Assembly: GCA_965207375.1 (NCBI GenBank)
Contig: OZ242274.1
Coordinates: forward strand, 992,001 to 1,056,000
Direction of reading: 5' to 3'
DNA: 64,000 nucleotides
Origin: Nitrosopumilaceae archaeon
GTDB lineage: Archaea > Thermoproteota > Nitrososphaeria > Nitrososphaerales > Nitrosopumilaceae
The notes under the pieces were generated by a model. That model made no database searches and had not been told where the DNA came from. It was given only the letters and a program-made list of their open reading frames with translations. Both the position numbers and the translations under genes were made by a program. Positions 20,610 through 31,741 of this stretch are shown one piece after another. The first letter of the stretch is position 1; each line of letters opens with the position of its first letter.

Positions 20610-21461
20610 ATGAAGACACAAGCTACGGTTCATGGTGCAATCTCGATTGTAAATGCAATAGCTACGGGCAAGGGAGCCACCTTGGGTACCGAACAACAGG
20701 TGGTTGCAACTGCGCAGGATTCTGTAGGCAGGGGTATCATTTTACAAACCAAATGTGGCAATATAAGTTCTAAATTGGTCAACAAAACTGTTGAAAAGAC
20801 GGTTCCAAAAAAAATTCTTGACAAGACAAAAATTACAATCAGACTAGATACTGACATTCCTACAGGATATGGATTAAAAAGTTCTAGTTCTATATCTTCT
20901 GCAGTAGCATTGGCATGCGCAAAACTTTTTGATTTAAAAATAAATGATCAAAAGATTTTGCTTGCAGGAGTTGACGCCTCAATTCAAACCAAGATAAGCA
21001 TAACTGGAGCATACGATGACGCATGTGCCTGCTATTATGGTGGATTTAATGTCACAGATAATTTAAGAAAAAAGATAATCTGTAAAGAAAACGGACCTAG
21101 AAATGTAGTGGCTGCAATATTTATTCCAAAGGCAAGAAAACGTGGCAATGTAAAAAAACTCAAAACATTAGACATGGTGTTTCAAAAGGCGTGGAATCTT
21201 GCAAAAAATTCAGATTATTGGAACGCCATGATACTAAATGGACTAGCAACGTCTGCCATATTAAACTCGAACCCAAAAATAATTACGGATTTATTAGACA
21301 GGGGGGCAATTGCAGCCTCAATTTCAGGAAACGGCCCTGCAATTGCAGCAGTTACAAAACAAGAAAATCTAACCGGAATCAAAAAGGTATTTTCGGCAAT
21401 GGAGGGGAAAACAATAGTGACAAAAATCAACAACAAAAGAGCCGAGGTACATGAAGTGTAA
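20610..21461 (+). CDS. aroK: Archaeal GHMP-family shikimate kinase
   Basis: IVNAIATGKG, GLKSSS, TGAYDDA and SGNGP motifs. Confidence 0.93.
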   Translation: MKTQATVHGAISIVNAIATGKGATLGTEQQVVATAQDSVGRGIILQTKCGNISSKLVNKTVEKTVPKKILDKTKITIRLDTDIPTGYGLKSSSSISSAVALACAKLFDLKINDQKILLAGVDASIQTKISITGAYDDACACYYGGFNVTDNLRKKIICKENGPRNVVAAIFIPKARKRGNVKKLKTLDMVFQKAWNLAKNSDYWNAMILNGLATSAILNSNPKIITDLLDRGAIAASISGNGPAIAAVTKQENLTGIKKVFSAMEGKTIVTKINNKRAEVHEV

Positions 21462-22713
21462 GGTCAACAAATCAAAGATATCTGGAGAGCTGACATGTCC
21501 TCCAAACAAAAGCTACACTCATAGGGCAATATTTTTGGCATCTTTGGCTCTAGGCAACAGTACAGTCAAAAATGCCTTGCTTTCTGCAGATACTTGTGCA
21601 ACAATTAATGCCTGCAAGTCGCTAGGTGCAAGGCTAGATGTGTCTGGTGATATCATAACTGTGAAAAAACCCATATCCTTTGAACAATCCTGTACAATCC
21701 ATGCCGAGAATTCAGGCACGACAGTTAGAATAGCTGCTGCAATTGCTGCGCTGTCTGAGACAAAAATCACGCTTGCAGGAGATGAGAGCCTGCAAAAAAG
21801 ACCCATGCAGCCAATTCTTACGGCCTTGGAAATGCTTGGGGCAACATGTACATCCTCTGATGGATGTTTACCAATTACGGTTCAAGGAAAAATCAGGGGG
21901 GGCAGTGTTATTGTCCAGGGAAACATTTCTAGTCAATTTATCACATCTTTGCTTATCTGTGCTCCATTGACTGTACAAGGTATTACAGTAAATATAGGTG
22001 ATCAACTAGTTTCAAAGCCGTACCTTGATGCAACAATTGCATCCATGATGCAGTTTGGTGTAACAGTACAGACGAATAAAAAGTATAAACAATATACCGT
22101 AAAACCGCAACAGTACAAAGAAACTGCATTTATCGTGCCTCCTGATTATTCTAGCATGGCATTGCTGTTATCTGCTGCCGTACTAGTGGGTAAGGATGTA
22201 AGTATACGGGCTGCACACAATAATCTACCTCAGGGAGATAAGGCATTTTTAGAAATTTTAGAAAATCTTGGAGTCCGAGTAGATATAGACGGGGATTTGA
22301 TTTCAATATATAGTCCTGATGTGCTAGGAGGCGGTACATTTGATCTCTCAGACACGCCTGATTTGCTTCCTCCATTGTCGATTTTGGTTTTAAAATGTCA
22401 AAGTATGCTGGAGATTGTAAACGTAAAACATGCACGATACAAAGAAACAGACAGAATTGCAATTGTTTCAAGGGAACTATCAAAGCTAGGAATTAAAATA
22501 GATGAAAGAGACGATGGAATGCAGCTACAAAATACACAAAATCTGCACGGTGCCAATCTTGATTCAGAAAAGGATCATCGGTTGTTTATGGCCTTTTGTA
22601 TAGCTGCAATGTATGTTGGTAACTGTACTGTAACTGATCCAGAGTCTGTATCTGTGTCATATCCTGATTTTATCTCAGATATGAACAAGATTGGCGCAGA
22701 TATTTTGTTATGA
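21451..22713 (+). CDS. aroA: EPSP synthase
   Basis: KSYTHR, NSGTT, RPM, SSQF, KETDR and DHR motifs. Confidence 0.95.
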   Translation: MKCKVNKSKISGELTCPPNKSYTHRAIFLASLALGNSTVKNALLSADTCATINACKSLGARLDVSGDIITVKKPISFEQSCTIHAENSGTTVRIAAAIAALSETKITLAGDESLQKRPMQPILTALEMLGATCTSSDGCLPITVQGKIRGGSVIVQGNISSQFITSLLICAPLTVQGITVNIGDQLVSKPYLDATIASMMQFGVTVQTNKKYKQYTVKPQQYKETAFIVPPDYSSMALLLSAAVLVGKDVSIRAAHNNLPQGDKAFLEILENLGVRVDIDGDLISIYSPDVLGGGTFDLSDTPDLLPPLSILVLKCQSMLEIVNVKHARYKETDRIAIVSRELSKLGIKIDERDDGMQLQNTQNLHGANLDSEKDHRLFMAFCIAAMYVGNCTVTDPESVSVSYPDFISDMNKIGADILL

Positions 22714-23214
22714 TTTATTGTGCAAATCAGATAGATGTATTGATTGTTGTATGTTTTAGCTGACAATCTTTGATGCCTAAGACATTTGCTAGAGTGTATT
22801 GGAATATTTTTTCGTATTGTTTTGAGCTATTAGATGCAGTAATAGGATTGCCATGTATTACAAATACTGCCAAGCACTATAGATCAAACTGTTTTTGTAC
22901 GTATTGAAATCAGGGTTGGATTTTTTTGGCAATCTTAGTAGATCTGCTCATGTCTTTTGTATTTCATTTAGGCAAAACCAATCGATTTGTTTAAAACCCC
23001 ATATACACTAGAATGCAGAAATTACAATATTCTTAGAATACATCAAAATATCTGATATACCTGGCATATTTTGCTATCTTTGCAGAAAATATCAGGGGTA
23101 ACTGTGATTGTACAGGTCCTGTGCATGTCACAGAGAATTTGTAAAAATCAAGACATACACGTAAAATCTAAATTATATCCACAATAGGAATTATAAGCAT
23201 CAGTTGAACTAATT

Positions 23215-24315
23215 TTGGTATTGTCAGGCAACTCGATAGGTAAAAGATTGGTTTTAACAAGTTTTGGTGAAAGTCATGGTAGCTGCGTTGGTACTGTTCT
23301 TGATGGATGCCCTGCAGGACTAGAGTTGGAAGAAAATGATATTCAAAGAATGCTAGATTACAGAAAGCCAGGACAGTCCAAGATCACAACTCAGAGAAAG
23401 GAAGAGGATATTGTCGAAATTATTTCCGGCGTGTTTAGGGGACATACTACCGGTGCTCCAATTACAATGATAATACAAAACAAAGATCAGCACTCAAAGG
23501 ATTACGATGAATTAAAAACAAAATTAAGGCCAGGACATTCAGACTATCCTGCAATGCTAAAGTATAACCATTACAATGATGCTCGCGGGGGAGGAAGATT
23601 TTCTGGCAGATTGACTGCAACGCATGTAATGGGAGGAGCAGTAGCTAAAAAGCTACTCAAGGTATCCTTGGATGTGGAAACAAATTCTTACACGTCGCAG
23701 ATAGGCAAAGTCAAAACAACCTCTGAGTTTACAACTCGTAATATTTCACATATATACAAAAATGATGTAAGATGTCCAGAAAGGGACACTGCAGTAAAGA
23801 TGAAGGCAGCGATTCTGTCAGCACGTAAAAAAGGTGATTCACTTGGAGGAATGATAGAGTCAGTTACGACCAATCTGCCGGTAGGATTAGGAGAGCCGAT
23901 TTTTAGCTCACTAGAATCTGAGCTTAGCAGGGCAATGTTTTCTATCCCTTCAGTAAAAGGAGTAGAGTTTGGTTCCGGATTTGCCGGTTCAAGTTTGTAT
24001 GGTTCACAAAATAATGATTTATACGTCATCAAACAAGGAAAAATTCAAACTGTTACAAACAATTCGGGTGGAATTTTGGGTGGAATTTCAAATGGGATGC
24101 CAATTACGATGAGAATTGCATTCAAGCCTGCCTCATCAATTATCAAATCCCAAAAAACAATAGACATCAAAACCAAAAAATCCACATACCTGACAGTCAA
24201 GGGCCGCCACGACCCGTGTGTGGTTCCAAGAGCGCCCCCCGTTGTGGATTCCCTAGTTGCACTAGTCATTGCAGATCAGGCATTAATTGGCGGCTTTATC
24301 AAACCGGTTTTATGA
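23215..24315 (+). CDS. aroC: Chorismate synthase
   Basis: FGESHG, RPGHSDY, RGGGRFSGR and GRHDPC motifs. Confidence 0.96.
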   Translation: MVLSGNSIGKRLVLTSFGESHGSCVGTVLDGCPAGLELEENDIQRMLDYRKPGQSKITTQRKEEDIVEIISGVFRGHTTGAPITMIIQNKDQHSKDYDELKTKLRPGHSDYPAMLKYNHYNDARGGGRFSGRLTATHVMGGAVAKKLLKVSLDVETNSYTSQIGKVKTTSEFTTRNISHIYKNDVRCPERDTAVKMKAAILSARKKGDSLGGMIESVTTNLPVGLGEPIFSSLESELSRAMFSIPSVKGVEFGSGFAGSSLYGSQNNDLYVIKQGKIQTVTNNSGGILGGISNGMPITMRIAFKPASSIIKSQKTIDIKTKKSTYLTVKGRHDPCVVPRAPPVVDSLVALVIADQALIGGFIKPVL

Positions 24316-24319
24316 GAAA

Positions 24320-25684
24320 ATGCCTGACATCGAATCACTTCGTAACAAAATGGATCAGATTACCCTTGATTTGGTAAAGCTGCTCAAAGATAGAACCGAG
24401 ATTGCAAGGGCGATTGGAATACTCAAAAAAGATATTGGAAAAAGCGTAACAGACCAAACAAGGGAAGACAATCTGCGCCAAAAGGTGATTTCATTATCAA
24501 GAGACATACAACTAGATGAAAATATGACGGCAAGATTTCTCAACTTTTTGTTAAACGAGTCAGTAAAAATTCAATCAGAAAACAAACAAACGCATCTTTC
24601 GATATTTCTAAAGGCAAAGTCAATGGAACAGCAAGGCAAAAAAATTATTCATCTCGAGGTAGGAGAGCCTGATTTTATGCCGCCTGATATTGTGGGTTCT
24701 GCATTGGCTCAATCCTTTAAGAAAGGATTTGTAAGGTACGGTCAAGCAAAAGGACACATACGACTCAGAGATGCACTAGCTGCCAAAACAGCTTGCCAAC
24801 ACAATGTGAAATTAGATCAACAAAACATACTAGTTACTCCCGGAGCACGGTTTTCTATATTTTTGGCAATTACTACCTTGTTGAATTTTGGAGAGGAGCT
24901 GATTGTAATTGAACCTGCGTGGCCTGCATACAGGGACTGTGCGCTGCATGCAGGAATAAAGGTTCGCTCTGTCAGAACAACTTTGGAAAATCATTGGGAG
25001 CCCAAGATAGAACAAATCTTGAAACTAATCACACCCAATACAAAAATGATTGTTCTAAACTATCCAAACAACCCGACAGGAAAAATATTGTCTAGTACAC
25101 TACAGGACAAAATTATCGAAATTGCAAAACAAAATAATCTTTATGTTCTAAGTGATGAAATTTATGGTCAATATGCAAAGACACAATGGAAAAGTATACT
25201 GCACTACAAATACAGCAAAGCAATTGTTACACAATCATTTTCAAAATCTCATGCAATGACTGGTTTTAGAATCGGATATACGATAGCAGACACGTCCATC
25301 ATTGATAAAATGTCAAAGCTACAGGCATTATGTTTGACTAGTGTGTCTGAGCCCATACAGTATGCAGCATTAGGGGCATTACAGGCAGATACGTCACAAA
25401 ACTCTCAAATCATATGTTCCAGACTAGAACTATTACAGCAAAGTGCAAGACAGATGGGTCTTGATTTTGCAGATGCTGATGGCGCAATGTATCTATTTGC
25501 TAGGGTAAACAGGGAAGGTTTTGATGGCCAGGAATTTGCAAAAAAGGCACTAGATGCAGGTTTGGCCATAGCTCCTGGTGCTGGATTTGGCGACTATAAA
25601 GAGTTTGTCCGAATTTCTGCCTGTCAGGACGAAAAGACACTAAAAGAGGGTATGAATATTCTAAGTGAGCTTCTGAGGAGATAG
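24320..25684 (+). CDS. Chorismate mutase-like domain fused to a class I/II aminotransferase
   Basis: N-terminal LRNKMDQI...RE AroQ-like helix, then GEPD, PNNPTG, SDEIY and SFSK..AMTGFRIG motifs. Confidence 0.87.
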   Translation: MPDIESLRNKMDQITLDLVKLLKDRTEIARAIGILKKDIGKSVTDQTREDNLRQKVISLSRDIQLDENMTARFLNFLLNESVKIQSENKQTHLSIFLKAKSMEQQGKKIIHLEVGEPDFMPPDIVGSALAQSFKKGFVRYGQAKGHIRLRDALAAKTACQHNVKLDQQNILVTPGARFSIFLAITTLLNFGEELIVIEPAWPAYRDCALHAGIKVRSVRTTLENHWEPKIEQILKLITPNTKMIVLNYPNNPTGKILSSTLQDKIIEIAKQNNLYVLSDEIYGQYAKTQWKSILHYKYSKAIVTQSFSKSHAMTGFRIGYTIADTSIIDKMSKLQALCLTSVSEPIQYAALGALQADTSQNSQIICSRLELLQQSARQMGLDFADADGAMYLFARVNREGFDGQEFAKKALDAGLAIAPGAGFGDYKEFVRISACQDEKTLKEGMNILSELLRR

Positions 25685-25686
25685 AA

Positions 25687-26541
25687 ATGGGCAAAAAAAT
25701 TACAATCATTGGAGCAGGCGGAAAAATGGGTAAATGGTTTTGTAAATATTTTACAGATACCGGTTTTGAGGTTACAGGCTATGATTCAGAAAACAAGGTC
25801 TCAGGCAAAAAGATTATAGTTTCTGAATCCCTAATTGGCTCGATTTTGAATACTGATTATGTGATGTTGTGTACACCAACACGGAGAACTCCAGAAATTA
25901 TAAGACTGATTGCAAAAGAAATGAAACGCGGCACATACCTTATTGATATTTCATCAGAAAAATCAAAGACAATGTCGTCATTGTCAAAGATTCCTGCAAA
26001 AATTAATCCCATCTGCATTCATCCAATGTTTGGACCAGGAACAAAAAATCTAAAGGGCAAAAATGTCGTCTCGGTTCCAGTAAAGGATGCAAAAAAAGAA
26101 CTTGCAGTGGCAAAGTCATTATTCTCAGGAGCAAACTTTGTTACAATAGATTCATCAGAGCATGACAAAAAAATTGCAGTGATACTTGGACTGACTCACC
26201 TGACAAACTTGGTATTTGCCAATATATTATCCAAAGATGAAAAGTCATCACTTACTGAAAAAATGTCTGGTACAACTTTTAAGATACAAAAAATACTCTC
26301 AGAAAGTATAATGACTGAATCACCTGAATTAATAGAGACTATAATTGCAAATCCAGAAATAAGAAAGATCGCCGAAGAATTTTGGAAGGACATTGGCAGG
26401 TTGCTAACTGCAGTGCAAGAGGCAAAAACAGAAGAAGTTGTAAATTACATCAAAGAATGCCAACAGAGATTAGAAATTAATTCTGATCCAGAGGCGTCTT
26501 ACAAAAAACTAACAGCCATGATTCGTACTGTTGAAAAATAA
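25687..26541 (+). CDS. tyrA: Prephenate dehydrogenase
   Basis: GAGGKMG, HPMFGP and EHD...GLTH motifs. Confidence 0.9.
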   Translation: MGKKITIIGAGGKMGKWFCKYFTDTGFEVTGYDSENKVSGKKIIVSESLIGSILNTDYVMLCTPTRRTPEIIRLIAKEMKRGTYLIDISSEKSKTMSSLSKIPAKINPICIHPMFGPGTKNLKGKNVVSVPVKDAKKELAVAKSLFSGANFVTIDSSEHDKKIAVILGLTHLTNLVFANILSKDEKSSLTEKMSGTTFKIQKILSESIMTESPELIETIIANPEIRKIAEEFWKDIGRLLTAVQEAKTEEVVNYIKECQQRLEINSDPEASYKKLTAMIRTVEK

Positions 26542-26544
26542 AAC

Positions 26545-26952
26545 ATGCGCTCAACTAGGATTGTTACCTCCTTTATTGAGGGTGAGGGAAAATTTCTTAT
26601 TTTAAAGCGAAGCCACCGAGTCAAAACCATGAAGGGGTTGTGGGCAGGAATTAGCGGAATAATTGAAAACAATGAAGATCCTCTAAGCCGGGCCAAAATC
26701 GAAATTTTTGAAGAGTTGGGAGTACGTGAGGACAAAATTCAGCTAGTAAATACTGCAAAAAAGATGAGTATCACCTCTCCCCAGTACAAAAATCATCGGT
26801 GGACAATTTTCCCATTCTTGTTTTCTGCAAGTAACATAACAATAAGACTCAATTGGGAAAATTCAGAATACAAATGGGTAAGCCTTGATGAGATTAAAAG
26901 ACACAGGACTGTGCCAAATTTGAACAAGGTATTGCTAAAGCTGCTCAAGTGA
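26545..26952 (+). CDS. NUDIX hydrolase
   Basis: G..E..E....A..EI.EELG Nudix box and LNWEN. Confidence 0.85.
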   Translation: MRSTRIVTSFIEGEGKFLILKRSHRVKTMKGLWAGISGIIENNEDPLSRAKIEIFEELGVREDKIQLVNTAKKMSITSPQYKNHRWTIFPFLFSASNITIRLNWENSEYKWVSLDEIKRHRTVPNLNKVLLKLLK

Positions 26953-26958
26953 TACCCA

Positions 26959-28274
26959 TTATGTGGCCTCATTTGGTTTTTCGTATTTTCTTTGCTGTGG
27001 CAGCATAAGATACACGCATGCGCCGCCGCACATGGTACAGGGAACATTGTTTCCTGGATGTTGGCCTGTTCTGCTGTGGATTCGTGCAGCCTCTTCGGGA
27101 TCAATTGATAGTGCAATCTGTCTTTCCCAGTCTAGCGTTCTTCTTGCTTCAGTCATCTGCTTGTCCATTTTATGGCCTTGTCTCGAATCTTGACAAGATC
27201 TCCTGCATGGGCTGCTATTCTATATGCAATCAATCCTGCCTTTACCTCCAAGGCATTGGGCAATGCAAGATGTTCTGAAGGAGTAAGGTAACAAAGTAGA
27301 TCAACGCCCTCGCTTGCAGAAATTGCAGCACCTATGGCGCTTGCAATATGATCATGTCCTGATGCAATATCTGTAACAAGCGGACCTAGTACGTAATATG
27401 GGACATCTCCAATTAATGACTTTGCGAGTCTGACGTTGGCTGCAACCTCGTTTAATGGAACATGTCCGGGGCCCTCTACCATGACTTGAATGTCTTTTTC
27501 ATGGGCCTGCTTTGCCAATCTAGAAATGTTGATCATCTCTTGCACCTGCAATTCGTCATGAGAGTCCAAAATAGAGCCTGGACGTAGTGCGTCTCCGAGG
27601 CTAAATGTGACATCATATTTGCGTGCAATCTCAATCAGATAGTCAAAATGGGAATAGTACGGGTTTTCTTTTTCATATTTTAGCATCCATGCAGCAGTAA
27701 TTGTGCCTCCCTTGCTTACGACTCCTCCATGTCTTTGAACTTGAAGTATGCGTTTTGCAATATCTTTTGTAATTCCAGAATGAATTGTAGTATAGTCGAC
27801 GCCGTCTTTGGCATTGTTTTCAAAGGCATTTAAAAAGTCATCCTCTGTTAAATCCAGTGGATTTTTGTGCACCTCTACTCCGTAGTTATATGCCTCATAA
27901 ATTGGAACTGTGCCAAATGTGATGGGTGCTGCCTCTAGCAGGGTCCGTCTGATAGAACCTACATCTCCACCATCACTTAGATCCATTATGGTATCTGCAT
28001 GGTACTTTACTGCAACTTTGGCTTTTTTGATCTCCTCATCCAAATTTACATCAAGCGTAGAGGTTCCGATATTAACATTGACTTTGGTTTTTAGCCCTTT
28101 GCCAATTCCAACACGATGAACCTTTTGCTTTCTGGTGTTATTGCTTGGAATAATTATTGCGCCACTTGCAATTTTTGGCAATAGCCAATCTATAGTTACA
28201 TCCTCGTCTTGGGCCACCTGCTTCATTTCATCGGTTGCTATGCTGCGTCTAGCGTGACTCATTTGAGTGCTCAA
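26959..28274 (-). CDS. thiC: Phosphomethylpyrimidine synthase ThiC with 1-bp frameshift near 27165
   Basis: [21 protein letters not shown] and YLTPSEH motifs. The C-terminal CTMCGGAC cluster motif lies in the shifted frame 26959..27168. Start TTG 28274 is inferred. Confidence 0.92.
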
Positions 28275-28405
28275 TGTATTCTCTAAGTTAAGGCCCGATT
28301 TAAACAATCATGACTAGTATATGTAAAACAGGCGATCAGAATTGGATCTACAAGTGTATATTATGGATCAACATTATATTCTAGATCGACCTATATTATG
28401 TCACC

Positions 28406-28501
28406 ATGAAAATGATCAAAGAGTGCCTGCATTGTGGAAGAGAGTTTCAAGACACATGTAACAATTTTTGCTCATACAAGTGTGCAAGCGAAGCATCATA
28501 A
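28406..28501 (+). CDS. 31-aa zinc-finger microprotein (CxxC...FCSxxC)
   Basis: MKMIKECLHCGREFQDTCNNFCSYKCASEAS; below the ORF-track length cutoff. Confidence 0.5.
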   Translation: MKMIKECLHCGREFQDTCNNFCSYKCASEAS

Positions 28502-28801
28502 ATTGACCATCTGACAAGTTCACATTCTAGAAAATTCATGTATGTCAATGCAGGTACAAAGTATGACTGAAACCTATTCCTTACTTAAGGGGTTAGGTTC
28601 CTAGTATCTTTTCATTCTTACATGCTCAGGAGTCCCTTTTTTCCTAGGTCAGAACGCAGCTCATTAGAATACTATGTTCATTACATGTTTTGGCTTTTTA
28701 CATCTGACTTTGCTTTATTTTTGATCTGTTACCTTTGAGAAAAAAAATCTAATGACATCTAAATCAAAAAGTAGATTAGCTAAATTAATACCTGATATGT
28801 T

Positions 28802-30097
28802 ATGAACATGCTCTCAATTGGAGGCTCTGACCCCTCATCTGGGGCAGGAATACAAAGAGACGTAAAAACTGCAATGTCGCTAGGTGCTCACTGTTGTACT
28901 ATAATCACTGCAATTACAAGCCAAAATACCTCAAAATATGTAACATCTAGTCCTGTATCTGTAAAAACAATCAGGCATCAGTTTGAATCTATACTTTCAG
29001 ACTTTGAAATAGACGTAATAAAAATAGCAATGGTTTATGATTCAAAAACAATTCATACAATACATGATTTATTAAAATCACTGTCTGTTCCAATTATAGT
29101 TGATCCTGTAATACAATCAACTACTGGTGGAACGCTGTTAAAAAAAGATGCATTGACAGATTATAGGAAACAAATAATTTCTCTGGCACATGTTATTACG
29201 CCAAATCTGGTCGAATCAGAAATAATATCGGGCATAAAATTACATAAAAAATCAGACATTGAAAAAATAATGACAAAGATAACTGGTATGGGTGCAAAAA
29301 ACATCATAATTACCGGCATAGAAGAAAATGGAAAAATTGCAGATTTTGTAAAAACAAAACAGGGCATCTGCAAAGTTGTGGGCCAAAAAATCAAAACACA
29401 AAACCATGGAAGTGGATGTACATACGCCACTGCATTGGCAGTATCAATTTTTCGCAAAGGCGACATTTTAAAATCTGCAAAAAATGCCCAAGAATTTACC
29501 ATACGGGCAATTATTGGTGCCAAAAAAATCGGTAGAGGAGTTAAAATTACGAATCAGACACCAGATGATATCAGAAAAAAACTGTCATCAGGCATTGCAA
29601 AATTTATCCAGATAAAAAATATATCTTCTGTAATCCCAGAGTGCCAGACAAATTTTGTTTTTGCCAAAAATAATCCCGAATCTGTAGGCGACATACTAGG
29701 ATTGTCAGGAAGAATAGTAAAAGCAGGTGATGGCCTAATAGTTGCAGGAGAATTAGAATATGGCGGCTCCAAACACGTGGCAAATGCGGTATTACTAGTA
29801 AATAAAAAATTTCCCAAGGTTAGGGCAGCAGTAAACATAAAGTATGATCCAAAGATACTAACACTATTAAAGAACCAAAAAATGAAAATTCAAAACTATG
29901 ACAGAAATCAGGAACCAGAAAAAATCAAAGGTACAGAGAATATGACCATCAAATGGGGCGTACAATCTGCTATTTCACATAGTACAACAGCTCCGGATGT
30001 AATATTTCATACAGGTGACATTGGAAAGGAACCTATGATTTTGGTGTTTGGTTCCACGCCACAAAATGTAATAAAAAAAATTGCAGGTATTTTTTAA
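28802..30097 (+). CDS. thiD: Bifunctional HMP(-P) kinase / thiamine-phosphate synthase ThiDN
   Basis: GSDPSSGAGIQ, DPV, TPN and HGSGC motifs, followed by ThiN motifs IPECQTN, GGSKHVA and GKEPMI. Confidence 0.92.
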   Translation: MNMLSIGGSDPSSGAGIQRDVKTAMSLGAHCCTIITAITSQNTSKYVTSSPVSVKTIRHQFESILSDFEIDVIKIAMVYDSKTIHTIHDLLKSLSVPIIVDPVIQSTTGGTLLKKDALTDYRKQIISLAHVITPNLVESEIISGIKLHKKSDIEKIMTKITGMGAKNIIITGIEENGKIADFVKTKQGICKVVGQKIKTQNHGSGCTYATALAVSIFRKGDILKSAKNAQEFTIRAIIGAKKIGRGVKITNQTPDDIRKKLSSGIAKFIQIKNISSVIPECQTNFVFAKNNPESVGDILGLSGRIVKAGDGLIVAGELEYGGSKHVANAVLLVNKKFPKVRAAVNIKYDPKILTLLKNQKMKIQNYDRNQEPEKIKGTENMTIKWGVQSAISHSTTAPDVIFHTGDIGKEPMILVFGSTPQNVIKKIAGIF

Positions 30098-30141
30098 GAT
30101 CTGGCTTTTAACATAAATACTCACAAAGGTGTACAGTCCGT

Positions 30142-30843
30142 ATGAAGACGGTAATTCTAGCAGGCGGATTAGGTACCCGACTTCAACCGTATACGACATT
30201 TATGCCAAAGCCGATGCTGCCATTGGGAGAAAAACCGCTTTTAGAGCATTTAATTGACTGGAATAAAAAAAACGGAATAAAATCCATTGTCTTGTGTGTA
30301 AGCTATTTGAGAAAGACAATACAGGATTATTTTGAGGACGGGGCAAATTTTGGAGTAAATGTAGAATATGCAGTGTCTCACAAACCATTGGCAACTGCCG
30401 GTCAACTCAAAACGGCTGAAGAATTTTTAGATGATGACTTTGTATGTATGTATGGAGATTCAATTTTTGATTTTAGTCTGCGCAACATGATAAAACAGCA
30501 CCAGAAAAACAGATCATTTGTCACCATGGGTCTATATCAATATACAACAAACATCCAGTATGGTGTAATTGAAACCTCTAAAACAGGCAAGGTTACTAGT
30601 TGGAATGAAAAGCCAGAAATTAAGGCAAACATCAACATGGGCTGTTACGTGATGAATCCAAAGGTTTTATCCTATATTCCAAAAAATATACCGTTTGGCA
30701 TGGACAGCGTTGTTAAAAAGGCAATTTCCAAGAAAAAAGCAATTGACAGCTATATTGCCAAAAAAGGATTCATAGACATTGGTGACAAGACATCCTACCG
30801 AAAGGCGTATCAGCTCTTTTACCAAAAATTGGGAAAGATCTGA
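30142..30843 (+). CDS. Sugar-phosphate nucleotidyltransferase
   Basis: LAGGLGTRL.P.T...PKPM, GD, EKP and DIG motifs. Confidence 0.92.
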   Translation: MKTVILAGGLGTRLQPYTTFMPKPMLPLGEKPLLEHLIDWNKKNGIKSIVLCVSYLRKTIQDYFEDGANFGVNVEYAVSHKPLATAGQLKTAEEFLDDDFVCMYGDSIFDFSLRNMIKQHQKNRSFVTMGLYQYTTNIQYGVIETSKTGKVTSWNEKPEIKANINMGCYVMNPKVLSYIPKNIPFGMDSVVKKAISKKKAIDSYIAKKGFIDIGDKTSYRKAYQLFYQKLGKI

Positions 30844-30845
30844 AG

Positions 30846-31280
30846 ATGTCAGATATTGTGATACGGGAAATTAAAAAAGACGATTTACAAAATGGATTCC
30901 TAGAATCAATAGATTCGTTAAGACAGGCAAGTGATCTAGATTCTGAGACTGCCAGAAAAATATTGGAAAATATTTTGTCAAATCCTGCACATATGATATT
31001 TGTTGCCGAATATGATGGAAAAATTGTAGGCTCTACAACGTTATTTATTGAACAAAAATTTATTCACAAGGGAGGACTAGTCGGCCACATTGAGGATGTG
31101 GTTGTGACAAAACAGTTACAGGGCAAAAATATAGGTGCCGAATTGATAAGACACTCTTTAAATTATGCCAAAAATCAGGGATGCTACAAAACTATTTTGG
31201 ATTGCACCGATGATGTCTTGGGATTTTATGAAAAGCTGGGATTTATCAGACACTCAAGCTGCATGAGATTTGATCATTAG
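30846..31280 (+). CDS. GNAT acetyltransferase (glucosamine-6-phosphate N-acetyltransferase-like)
   Basis: EQKFIHKGG..GHIEDVVV and YKTILDC motifs. Confidence 0.85.
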   Translation: MSDIVIREIKKDDLQNGFLESIDSLRQASDLDSETARKILENILSNPAHMIFVAEYDGKIVGSTTLFIEQKFIHKGGLVGHIEDVVVTKQLQGKNIGAELIRHSLNYAKNQGCYKTILDCTDDVLGFYEKLGFIRHSSCMRFDH

Positions 31281-31702
31281 AGATAGTCTTTTTTAATGCG
31301 TCTCTTTTTGACTCTAAACAATAGTACGCCAAATACCATGACTGGAATCGATACTGCCATAAACACAGGCGGTGCAACAATTACAGGAACAGTTAGAAAT
31401 TCTTCTTGCACGCGTTCCAAAAGGGATTGGGTCACTATCATGCCAATCAACAATGATGCACCACCTGCTAGAACCATGATACCAATGGGTCTTGAACCGT
31501 AGCGCCGTGACATTATATATGAAACTCCTGTAAGAATGATGGCAGGTGCCACGCCAATGGAAATAAACTGTAACAATTTTGGCTCTGGTTCAAACATTTC
31601 GGTTGCTGGATTTATCATAAAATTATAAACTGTAATCATTTCGCCTGCAAACATTACAAACAGGCCCAAGCTTGCAGCTGCAATGTATTTCTCTATTGCC
31701 AT
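31277..31702 (-). CDS. Hypothetical membrane protein (about 4 TM)
   Basis: Four hydrophobic segments and a basic tail. Confidence 0.75.
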   Translation of the reverse strand: MAIEKYIAAASLGLFVMFAGEMITVYNFMINPATEMFEPEPKLLQFISIGVAPAIILTGVSYIMSRRYGSRPIGIMVLAGGASLLIGMIVTQSLLERVQEEFLTVPVIVAPPVFMAVSIPVMVFGVLLFRVKKRRIKKDYL

Positions 31703-31741
31703 TATTATACAGAAAAGGAATTGTTAAATAAACTAAAGGAA

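Noticed and set aside
28275-28801. TPP riboswitch between thiC and thiDN
   Set aside because: No CTGAGA...ACCTGA...GCGNAGG consensus found on either strand.
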